DNA from: Alistipes sp.
GTDB taxonomy: Bacteria > Bacteroidota > Bacteroidia > Bacteroidales > Rikenellaceae
Assembly (NCBI GenBank): GCA_045127275.1
Contig: JBGVPZ010000015.1
Coordinates: 28,066 to 92,065, forward strand
Length of the DNA stretch: 64,000 bases
Direction of reading: 5' to 3'
Part shown: in pieces, positions 1 through 7,687 of the stretch
How the letters are laid out: the number at the start of each line of letters is the position of its first letter
How positions within the stretch are numbered: position 1 is the first letter of the stretch
Made by a program: the position numbers and the translations under genes
Notes under the pieces: generated by a model
The model's database searches: none
Seen by the model: the letters and a program-made list of their open reading frames with translations, nothing else
What the model was told of the DNA's origin: nothing

Positions 1-1
1 C

Positions 2-484
2 CGCGAGCAGGTCGAGCTGACCTATCGCTCGGAGCTCAACGAACGACCCTTCGGGGAGGTGCTTCAGGCGGCCCGCCAGCGCGATGTTGCCAACGAGTTC
101 ACCACCTCGGGTATCCACCGCGACGACCTGGTGCTGCGCATCGGGGGCTATCCGCTGCGGAAATATGGCTCGCAGGGGCAGCAAAAGTCCTTCCTGATCG
201 CCCTGAAATTGGCCCAATACACCCTCTTGAGCGAGCTGCTGCACGAGCAGCCCATCCTGCTGCTCGACGATCTGTTCGACAAGCTCGATGGCAACCGCGT
301 CGAGCAGTTGATCCGGCTGGTCTCCGACGAGCAGTTTGGGCAGATTCTGATCACCGATTGCAACCCTACCCGCCTACGCACGATCCTCGACCGTGCCGAG
401 GCCGCCTATACCCTCTATGAGGTGGCGCAGGGCGTAGCCGTATCACCCCAACACGAAGAGCCATGCGACGCACCAAACCAATGA
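2..484 (+). CDS. recF: DNA replication/repair protein RecF, C-terminal part (runs off the left edge)
   Basis: Open frame from base 2; GIHRDDL, GSQGQQKS and Walker B PILLLDDLFDKLD motifs of RecF; followed by a DUF721 gene as usual. Confidence 0.95.
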   Translation, partial: REQVELTYRSELNERPFGEVLQAARQRDVANEFTTSGIHRDDLVLRIGGYPLRKYGSQGQQKSFLIALKLAQYTLLSELLHEQPILLLDDLFDKLDGNRVEQLIRLVSDEQFGQILITDCNPTRLRTILDRAEAAYTLYEVAQGVAVSPQHEEPCDAPNQ

Positions 485-753
485 TCATGGGCGACCTGCT
501 CGAGGAGTTCTTCCGTCGTCCCTACGTAGCGGCCAAGGTGGCCGAGGGAAAGCTGCCCGAGTTGTGGCAGGAGGTGGTCGGAGCACGCACGGCAGCCGAC
601 ACGACCGAACTGCGGTTGGAGAATCATATCCTGCATGTCCGCATGCGGTCGAGCGTCCTGCGTCAGGAGCTGTTCTACCAGCGCGATGCGCTCAAAGAGG
701 CCCTCAACGAACGGGCCGGTGTACGGCTGATCAATGCCGTCATCGTCCGATAG
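463..753 (+). CDS. DUF721/DciA family protein
   Basis: 96 aa, W..VVG...A..T motif and SSVLRQEL; directly downstream of recF. Confidence 0.85.
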   Translation: MRRTKPMIMGDLLEEFFRRPYVAAKVAEGKLPELWQEVVGARTAADTTELRLENHILHVRMRSSVLRQELFYQRDALKEALNERAGVRLINAVIVR

Positions 754-766
754 ATCGTCGCCTTTC

Positions 767-850
767 CGTAACGCTTGTAACGTTTGTAACGCTTGTAACG
801 TTGTAACGCAGGGGGTAGCCCCCGTTACAGACGTTACCGCGATTACAACA
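767..850. repeat. GTAAC/GTTAC palindromic repeat element, copy 1
   Basis: GTAAC at 768, 777, 786, 795, 803; central hairpin GGGGG-TAG-CCCCC (811-823); GTTAC at 824 and 833. Confidence 0.85.
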
Positions 851-905
851 CGCTCCGCAACCGAAAACAATCCGAACCGAAAACGCTGCCACCGCAAAAA
901 AAAAG

Positions 906-941
906 AAGAGGCTGTCGCAACAATCTGTTGGACAGCCCCTT
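906..941. terminator. Hairpin, likely bidirectional terminator between convergent dciA and ompA (REP-like family)
   Basis: aagaggctgtc...gacagcccctt with an A-run on the left and a T-run on the right. Confidence 0.7.
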
Positions 942-967
942 TTTCGTTGGGAAGCCTTTACAACTCC

Positions 968-2170
968 TTACTTGATCACTACCGAACGGTTAGCCTTCTG
1001 TACAGCCGGATAGGGGTTCTGTACATCGCCATAACCCTTGTAGGTCAGCTGCTCGGGGTTCACACCCTTCTTCACCAGGTAGTCGTAAGCGGCCTTGGCG
1101 CGCTTGTCCGAAACCTTCTGGTTGAAGGCAGCCGAACCGGTCTGCTTGTCAGCATGACCCTCGAGGTTGTACACGCGATCCTTCGGGCCATTCTTGATCA
1201 TGTCGGCCATCAGATCCAGACGCGTCTTCTCCTTCGGCGAGAGGGTTGCAGCGTTGATGTCATAGAGGACGATCATCGGAGCATCCTTCTTCTTGGCAGC
1301 AGCCTCACGAGCGGCAGCAGCCTCACGGGCAGCAGCATCGGCATCAGCCAGGGCAGCATCGCGTGCAGCCTCAGCATCCTTGAGCTGCTTGGCGAGCTTC
1401 GCCTTGTCAGCCTCGGCAGCGGCAGCGGCAGCAGCACCGGCAGCTACAGCATCCTGGAAAGCCTTGATGTCCTCGGCCGTGTAGCCCGGAACACCACGCT
1501 CCCAACCGCGCTTGTTGAAGCGGTAGGTCAGACCGATCGTAGCGCTGTAGATCTGCGAGATCTCGTCACCGCTCTTGTACTTGTTGTAGATAGGCTGCGG
1601 CATATCGTGCGACGAGAGCATGATCGTCTTCAACTCCAGGTTCAGGTCGAAACGCGGAGCAATGCGGAACGTATTCACCAAACCGAAATCTACGGCCAGA
1701 CCCTTACCGGCATCCTCCTTCACGTCGATGAAGTTGGCACCCACACCACCGAATACGGTTGCGTAGTACACGCGATCCTCACGGTAGCCACCGATCCAGT
1801 TCGAGAGGTTCACCATAGCATCAGCGTGCGGCATGATGTAGTTGTTCTTGTACTCGCCACCCTTGCCGTCCGACATGTTCAGGCGACCACCGATGAGCTG
1901 TACACGAGCACCCACTACCGGGTTAAACCACTTCGTGGCACTACCCTCCAAGGCCCAACCCACGCAGTCGCCCGAGTTGTTCTGACCCGAAAGACCTACG
2001 CCGTTGTAACCTACGTAGTTCATACCACCACCAACGGTAATCTCCCAGTTGTCCCAGAAACCGTTGTTCACAAAGCCTTTGAAGCTGGGCTTCTTAGCCA
2101 CCTCTTGTGCGCTTGCACTCAGTGCAAACAGACCAAGAGCACATACGAGCAGAATTTTTTTCATACGCAT
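968..2170 (-). CDS. OmpA family outer-membrane protein (beta-barrel, Ala-rich linker, OmpA C-terminal domain)
   Basis: Signal peptide MRMKKILLVCALGLFALSASA (start 2170 or 2164); C-terminal GHAD..G....NQKVSDKRA..A and NRSV peptidoglycan-binding motifs. Confidence 0.9.
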   Translation of the reverse strand: MRMKKILLVCALGLFALSASAQEVAKKPSFKGFVNNGFWDNWEITVGGGMNYVGYNGVGLSGQNNSGDCVGWALEGSATKWFNPVVGARVQLIGGRLNMSDGKGGEYKNNYIMPHADAMVNLSNWIGGYREDRVYYATVFGGVGANFIDVKEDAGKGLAVDFGLVNTFRIAPRFDLNLELKTIMLSSHDMPQPIYNKYKSGDEISQIYSATIGLTYRFNKRGWERGVPGYTAEDIKAFQDAVAAGAAAAAAAEADKAKLAKQLKDAEAARDAALADADAAAREAAAAREAAAKKKDAPMIVLYDINAATLSPKEKTRLDLMADMIKNGPKDRVYNLEGHADKQTGSAAFNQKVSDKRAKAAYDYLVKKGVNPEQLTYKGYGDVQNPYPAVQKANRSVVIK

Positions 2171-2440
2171 CAATTTATTTGTTTGTCTAATTTCTTTGCT
2201 GTTTTTGTCTCCCATCGGTGGGGTTTAGTTGCCGATAGGATACAATCATTTACGCAAAGATAAAAACAAATTTCTAAATAACATCAGCAAATCCATAAAA
2301 ACACACTTTTGAAGCCATTTTTTTTACTTTCTCACGAACAGCAAGGCTCTAAACCCGCAAAAAGAGGCTGCGGAGAGCCCTCTCCGGCAGGAAAGGCGCA
2401 GCTCCGCAGCTTGCAAATCGGTCAGGTTGGTCTGTAACGA

Positions 2441-4999
2441 CTAACCGCACTTCGAGTAGCCGCACGACATGCAGGTCAGACAGCCATTCTGGTAGGCCAT
2501 ATTCTCCTGACCGCAGCTCGGGCACTTACCCTTGGTCTTCGTACCATCCTGAATATACTGCTTCAGCGCACGGCACACACCCGTCTTCCAGGTGTTGATC
2601 GTCTCACTGTCGAGGTGCAACGAATCGATCAGCGACACGGCCTTCTCGATCGGCATGCCGTAGCGCAGCACACCCGAGATGAGCTTGGCATAGTTCCAGA
2701 ACTCCTCGTCAAACAGACGCGAGATGCCGCCAATGGTGTTCGTGTAGCCGTAGCGGTCCTTGTATTGGAAGTCGTAACGCTTCTCGCCATTCTCCTCACG
2801 CACCTTGATGATATGGCCCGTGGTGATCTTGCGCGGGATGTACATGGCATCCTCCTCGATCTTACCCGTGAAGATCTCATACGGACGGCCATCCTGCAGA
2901 CCCACAAAGGCGATCCAATCCTCCGAGCCGTTCTTGAAACGGACGATGTCGGCCGGAATCGACTTCGGACGCTGCGGCACCTGACCCGGGTAGGTCTCAC
3001 ACTTCGAGGCCTTCTTCTTCGACGAGTTCTTGTCGAGCAGCACACCGTCGCGGCAACCGTCACGATAGACCGTAACACCCTTACAGCCACACTCCCAAGC
3101 CGTGCGATAGACGTCGGCTACGAGGGCCTCCGAGACGTTGTTCGGCAGGTTCACCGTCACCGAGATCGAGTGATCGACCCACTTCTGGATGGCACCCTGC
3201 ATCTTGACCTTGGCCACCCAGTCGATGTCGTTGGCCGTAGCCCCGTGGTAGGGCGATGCAGCCACCCAGGCGTTGAGCTCCTCGTCCGAGATCGTAGCGA
3301 GCTTCGTCGTATCGTAGCCGTTGGCCTCCAACCACTTCACGAAGTTGTGGTGGTAGACATTGTACTCCTGGAACTTTTCGCCCGTCTCGTCCATGTAGTC
3401 CACATGGGTATCCTTGTCCGAGGGGTTGATCTTGCGGCGACGCTTATAGACGGTGCGGAAGACCGGCTCGATGCCCGACGTGGTCTGCGACATGAGCGAC
3501 GTAGTACCCGTGGGGGCGATCGTCAGCATGGCGATATTGCGGCGACCCACCTTGACCATCTCCTCATAGAGGGCGGGATCGGCCTCGCGGATGCGCTCGA
3601 TCATCGGGTTGCCCACCTCCTTGGCAGGGTCATAGACCTCAAAAGCACCACGCTCACCGGCCATCTTCACCGAGGCGCGGTAGGCCTCTACGGCCAGCGT
3701 CTTCTGCACCTTGACGGCAAACTCAATGGCCTCCTCCGAGCCATAGCGCAGGCCCAAAGCGGCCAGCATATCGCCCTCGGCCGTGATGCCGAGGCCCGTA
3801 CGACGACCCTTGAGGGCCATCGAGCGAATCTTATCCCAAAGCTCCAGCTCCACGCGGCGCACATCCTGATCCTCCGGATCGGCTGCAATCTTATTGCGGA
3901 TCAGCTCGACCTTCTCCAACTCCAGGTCGATGATGTCGTCCATCATGCGCATGGCCTTCTCGACATGCTCCTTGAACTTATCGAAGTTGAACCATGCATC
4001 CTCCTTGAAGGGGTTCTCGACATAGCTCAACAGGTTGATAGCCAGCAGGCGGCACGAATCGTAGGGGCACAACGGAATCTCACCGCAGGGGTTGGTCGAA
4101 ACCGTGCGGAAGCCCTCGTCGGCATAGCAATCGGGCACACTCTCGCGCAGGATCGTATCCCAGAAGAGCACACCCGGCTCGGCCGAACGCCATGCGTTGT
4201 GGATGATCTTCTCCCAGAGCTTCTTGGCGTCGATCTTCTGCTCATATTTCGGGTTCTCGACACCGATCGGGAACTGCTGCTGGTACTTCTTACCGGCAAT
4301 GGCGGCACGCATAAACTCGTCGTCGATCTTGATCGAGACATTCGCGCCGGTCACCTTGCCCGTATCGACCTTGGCGTCGATGAAACGCTCGGCATCGGGG
4401 TGCTTGATCGAGAGCGAGAGCATCAGGGCACCACGGCGACCATCCTGGGCCACCTCGCGCGTCGAGTTCGAGTAACGCTCCATGAAGGGGACGATACCGG
4501 TCGAGGTGAGGGCCGAGTTGAGCACCGGGCTACCCGTCGGACGGATGTGCGAGAGGTCATGACCCACACCGCCGCGACGCTTCATGAGCTGTACCTGCTC
4601 CTCGTCCATGCGGAAGATGCCGCCATAGGAGTCGGCCGGATTGCGGTGGCCGATCACAAAGCAGTTCGAGAGCGAGGCCACCTGGAAGTTGTTGCCGATG
4701 CCGGTCATCGGGCCACCTTGCGGGATCACATAGCGGAAGTGGTCGAGCAGGGCGAAGATCTCCTCGCGCGACATGGGCGAGGGGTACTTCTGCTCGATGC
4801 GCTCGATCTCGGCAGCGATGCGTTCGTGCATCTGGCGCGGCGAGCTTTCGTAGATGTTGCCGAACGAGTCTTTGAGGGCGTATTTGGTCACCCAGACCGT
4901 AGCGGCGAGCTCATCACCGTCGAAATAGACCTTCGATTCGGCGACGGCTTCGTTGTAGTCAACCTTCTTAGGGTCAACCGGTTTCGTTGTTGCAGCCAT
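2441..4999 (-). CDS. nrdJ: Adenosylcobalamin-dependent (class II) ribonucleoside-diphosphate reductase
   Basis: SNCFV, TNPCGEIPL and TIAPTGTTS motifs; C-terminal CPSC...CLTCMSCGYSKC; no small-subunit gene adjacent. Confidence 0.93.
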   Translation of the reverse strand: MAATTKPVDPKKVDYNEAVAESKVYFDGDELAATVWVTKYALKDSFGNIYESSPRQMHERIAAEIERIEQKYPSPMSREEIFALLDHFRYVIPQGGPMTGIGNNFQVASLSNCFVIGHRNPADSYGGIFRMDEEQVQLMKRRGGVGHDLSHIRPTGSPVLNSALTSTGIVPFMERYSNSTREVAQDGRRGALMLSLSIKHPDAERFIDAKVDTGKVTGANVSIKIDDEFMRAAIAGKKYQQQFPIGVENPKYEQKIDAKKLWEKIIHNAWRSAEPGVLFWDTILRESVPDCYADEGFRTVSTNPCGEIPLCPYDSCRLLAINLLSYVENPFKEDAWFNFDKFKEHVEKAMRMMDDIIDLELEKVELIRNKIAADPEDQDVRRVELELWDKIRSMALKGRRTGLGITAEGDMLAALGLRYGSEEAIEFAVKVQKTLAVEAYRASVKMAGERGAFEVYDPAKEVGNPMIERIREADPALYEEMVKVGRRNIAMLTIAPTGTTSLMSQTTSGIEPVFRTVYKRRRKINPSDKDTHVDYMDETGEKFQEYNVYHHNFVKWLEANGYDTTKLATISDEELNAWVAASPYHGATANDIDWVAKVKMQGAIQKWVDHSISVTVNLPNNVSEALVADVYRTAWECGCKGVTVYRDGCRDGVLLDKNSSKKKASKCETYPGQVPQRPKSIPADIVRFKNGSEDWIAFVGLQDGRPYEIFTGKIEEDAMYIPRKITTGHIIKVREENGEKRYDFQYKDRYGYTNTIGGISRLFDEEFWNYAKLISGVLRYGMPIEKAVSLIDSLHLDSETINTWKTGVCRALKQYIQDGTKTKGKCPSCGQENMAYQNGCLTCMSCGYSKCG

Positions 5000-5184
5000 A
5001 CTGTATATATCTTATTTTTTGTTGATTTCGTCTTGTGGGGCGAAAAAGGTATTTACAAAGGTCTTCCTTTTTCTGCAAATAAACCAGCCCTACGGCAGGC
5101 ATTTTTTCGACAACTAATTAACAAAAGCACGAAAACCCTGCGGGAGGGCATTCTAGGGAGGTGAAGCCGAAATGAAAAATGAGT

Positions 5185-5378
5185 GGTTTGGGAAAATCGT
5201 AACATCCGTAACGTTGTAACGCACGTAACGCAGGGGTGCACCCCCGTTACATGCGTTACAAACGTTACAAACGTTACAAGCGTTAGCCCCGTTACGTGCG
5301 TTACAACGTTACAAACGTTACAAGCGTTAGCCCCGTTACGTGCGTTACAGCGTTACAAGCGTTACAAAGGCGCAGCCT
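5185..5378. repeat. GTAAC/GTTAC palindromic repeat element, copy 2 (longest)
   Basis: 4 GTAAC, hairpin GGGGTGCACCCC (5233-5244), then about 14 GTTA(C/G) units at 8-9 bp spacing including a 44-bp tandem duplication; ends in AGGC-GCA-GCCT. Confidence 0.9.
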
Positions 5379-7041
5379 ATCCGAGCAGCCACATCAGCAC
5401 CACCTGGATCAGGAGGACGCGCAGGAACATACAGACGGGATAGACCGTCGCATAGGCCACCGAGGGGTTGTCGCCCTCGATCGTGTCGTTGACGTAGTTC
5501 AGGGCCATCGGGTTGGCCATTGCGCCGCACAGCAGGCCCGCAATCGAGCCAAAGTCGAGCTTCAGCATCCGCAGGGCCATCCAACCAATCAGGATCACCG
5601 GCAGGATGGTGATCAAGGCCCCCAGGCCGAGCCATAGTGCCCCCTCGGGTCGCACGATCGTGGCCATAAATTCGGGGCCCGACTCCAGCCCCAGGCAGGC
5701 CAAGTAGAGGTCCAGACCCAGCGCGCGCAGCATCATGTTGGCACTCTGCGTCGTGTAGGTGATCATATGGAGCCGAGGGCCGAACGTACCGATCAGAATA
5801 CCGATCAGAATCGGTCCTCCGGCCAATCCCAACCGCACTACACCGTCGATGCCGGGGATCGTCAGGGGGATATACCCCACCATCAGACCCAGGATGATGC
5901 CAATGAATACCGATACCAGATTGGGTTCATTGAGGCTCTTGACGGCATTGCCGAGGATCTTCTCGACGCGGTGGATGTCGGCCGCCTCGCCCACGACGGT
6001 CAGTCGGTCGCCCAGCTGCAGCACCAGGTCGGGCGTAGCGAGCAGCTGCACCCCCGAGCGATAGACGCGCGAGATATTGATGCCGTAGTGGTTGCGCAGG
6101 CGCAGCGAGGCGAGTCGCTTGCCATTGATCTCCGGCCGGGTCACCAGGATGCGCTGCGAGATCAGCTGGCTGTCGATCTTATTCCAGTCGATGTTCTCGG
6201 CATTCCAGTCGGTCTCCTCCTGCTGGCCGAAGATGCGGCGCAGGCCCTCAGCCTCCTGGGGCGTGGTGATGATCATCAGTACATCGCCCTCCAGGAGCTC
6301 CTTCTCGGAGGTCGGGATCGAGACCTTGCCGTCGCGCCAGATGCGCGAGATGACGAAGTGGTGGTGGCTCTCGGCCGCTACTTCGGCTACCGTCTTGCCA
6401 AAAATAGCAGCATTGGTGAGCCGATAGCTCGCTATATAGACATTTTTACGGTGTTCGCTATCGGGGCCTGCCAGGTCGGAGGGTCGTACGAACCACCGCC
6501 GCAGGATGATCAGCGCGAAGATCACCCCGACGACACCGATCGGATAGGCCAAGGCACACCCCAGGGCTGCCCCGTTGGCATCCACACCCAGCTGCCCGAG
6601 GGCTTGCTGCGCGGCACCGAGTGCGGGGGTGTTGGTCGTAGCACCGCATAGGATACCCGACATATCGGGGACCGAGACCCCGCAGCCGTAGGCCAAGCCG
6701 AAGGCTACGAGCGTACCCACTGCGAGCAGCCCGATCGAAGGGAGCAGCAGGCGTACCCCTTCGGTGCGCATCGAGGAGAAGAAGCCCGGGCCTACCTGCA
6801 GGCCGAGGGCATAGACGAAGAGTACCAGTCCGAAGGATTGGGCGTAGTGCAGCATCTGCCCGTCAATGCGCAGTCCGCAAGCACCGGCCAGGATGCCGAC
6901 GAAGAAGATAAAGGCCGAGCCGAGCGAGATGCCCAGGATACGAATACGGCCCAGGATCACCCCCATGGCCGATATGAGTGAGAGCACGATGATGGCCTGC
7001 AAGGCCGACGGCTCGGTAAAGAGCAAGCGTAGATAGTCCAT
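5377..7041 (-). CDS. AspT/YidE/YbjL family transporter with two TrkA-C domains
   Basis: Duplicated TM halves (GLVLFVYALGLQVGPGFF, GATTNTPALGAA, GAMANPMAL, YATVYP) around two soluble TrkA_C-like domains. Confidence 0.9.
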   Translation of the reverse strand: MDYLRLLFTEPSALQAIIVLSLISAMGVILGRIRILGISLGSAFIFFVGILAGACGLRIDGQMLHYAQSFGLVLFVYALGLQVGPGFFSSMRTEGVRLLLPSIGLLAVGTLVAFGLAYGCGVSVPDMSGILCGATTNTPALGAAQQALGQLGVDANGAALGCALAYPIGVVGVIFALIILRRWFVRPSDLAGPDSEHRKNVYIASYRLTNAAIFGKTVAEVAAESHHHFVISRIWRDGKVSIPTSEKELLEGDVLMIITTPQEAEGLRRIFGQQEETDWNAENIDWNKIDSQLISQRILVTRPEINGKRLASLRLRNHYGINISRVYRSGVQLLATPDLVLQLGDRLTVVGEAADIHRVEKILGNAVKSLNEPNLVSVFIGIILGLMVGYIPLTIPGIDGVVRLGLAGGPILIGILIGTFGPRLHMITYTTQSANMMLRALGLDLYLACLGLESGPEFMATIVRPEGALWLGLGALITILPVILIGWMALRMLKLDFGSIAGLLCGAMANPMALNYVNDTIEGDNPSVAYATVYPVCMFLRVLLIQVVLMWLLG

Positions 7042-7069
7042 AGCGCCGCGAAGGTACGAAAATAAATTT

Positions 7070-7107
7070 AGAATATAGAATATATATGAATATATATTCT
7101 ATATTCT
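7070..7107. repeat. AT-rich perfect palindrome
   Basis: agaatatagaatatatat-ga-atatatattctatattct (18-bp arms). Confidence 0.8.
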
Positions 7108-7281
7108 TATACCTACAATCCTCCCTAAATCCCCCCTTTGATAAGGGAGGCTGCGCCTCCGCTTAATACCTACAATCCCTCCAAACCTCCCTTTGATAAG
7201 GGAGGCTTGCATTTGGGTAATTCTAATGACCGTAGGTGCTGGGAGTTCTAATAACCGCTGATATAGAGAGAATTATAAGAG

Positions 7282-7372
7282 TAATAATAATAAGAAGAAG
7301 AAGAATAATAAGAATAATAAGAATGGGAATACCTATAGGTCTTTAGACTATAATCCCATTATTCTTATTATT
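7282..7372. repeat. AATAATAAG-type tandem repeat with inverted counterpart
   Basis: (aataataag)n aatggga ... tcccattattcttattatt. Confidence 0.7.
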
Positions 7373-7408
7373 CCTATCATGCATGCTAAATGCTAAATTT
7401 TGAATTTC

Positions 7409-7537
7409 TGTAACGCTTGTAACGCTGTAACGCACGTAACGGGGCTAACGCTTGTAACGCTTGTAACGTTTGTAACGCACGTAACGGGGGTGCACCCCTG
7501 CGTTACAACGTTACGGATGTTACGATTTCCCCCAACC
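7409..7537. repeat. GTAAC/GTTAC element, copy 3 (inverted relative to copy 2)
   Basis: Reverse complement aligns with 5185-5366, lacking one 9-bp unit and one 44-bp unit. Confidence 0.9.
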
Positions 7538-7610
7538 GACGATCATTAGCCCCTCCCAAATGCAAGTCCCCCCTTATCAAAGGGGGGATTTAGGAGGGAT
7601 TGTAGGTGTT

Positions 7611-7684
7611 TGTTACGGAGGCGTAGCCTCTGTAACGTTTGTAACGGGGGCACACACCCCCGTTACAAACGTTACACCGTTACA
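7611..7684. repeat. GTAAC/GTTAC element, copy 4
   Basis: tgtaacgtttgtaacggggg-cacaca-cccccgttacaaacgttaca, preceded by the hairpin GAGGC-GTA-GCCTC. Confidence 0.85.
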
Positions 7685-7687
7685 CTC

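Larger units (their letters stand above)
7109..7608. repeat. REP-like element family: direct copies at 7109-7152 and 7166-7217, inverted copy at 7555-7608
   Basis: acctacaatcc..cc.aaa..(c/t)ccctttgataaggg(a/g)gg twice; 7555-7608 is the reverse complement, including the ttgcatttggg tail. Confidence 0.85.

Noticed and set aside
2615-5164. 849-aa plus-strand ORF and many similar long antisense ORFs (e.g. 734-2263, 9413-10816, 37074-38396, 62037-63014)
   Set aside because: Shadow frames opposite well-supported genes in GC-rich DNA, with no recognisable motifs
5000-5185. Cobalamin riboswitch or NrdR box upstream of nrdJ
   Set aside because: No B12-box or NrdR consensus recognisable
5183-5443. 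Repetitive VT-rich ORFs over the GTAAC elements
   Set aside because: Translations of the nucleotide repeats; they appear on both strands and in several frames
7042-7410. Replication origin (AT-rich, with recF, parAB and mnmE nearby)
   Set aside because: No TTATCCACA-type DnaA box cluster or parS palindrome seen; the AT richness is explained by repeat elements
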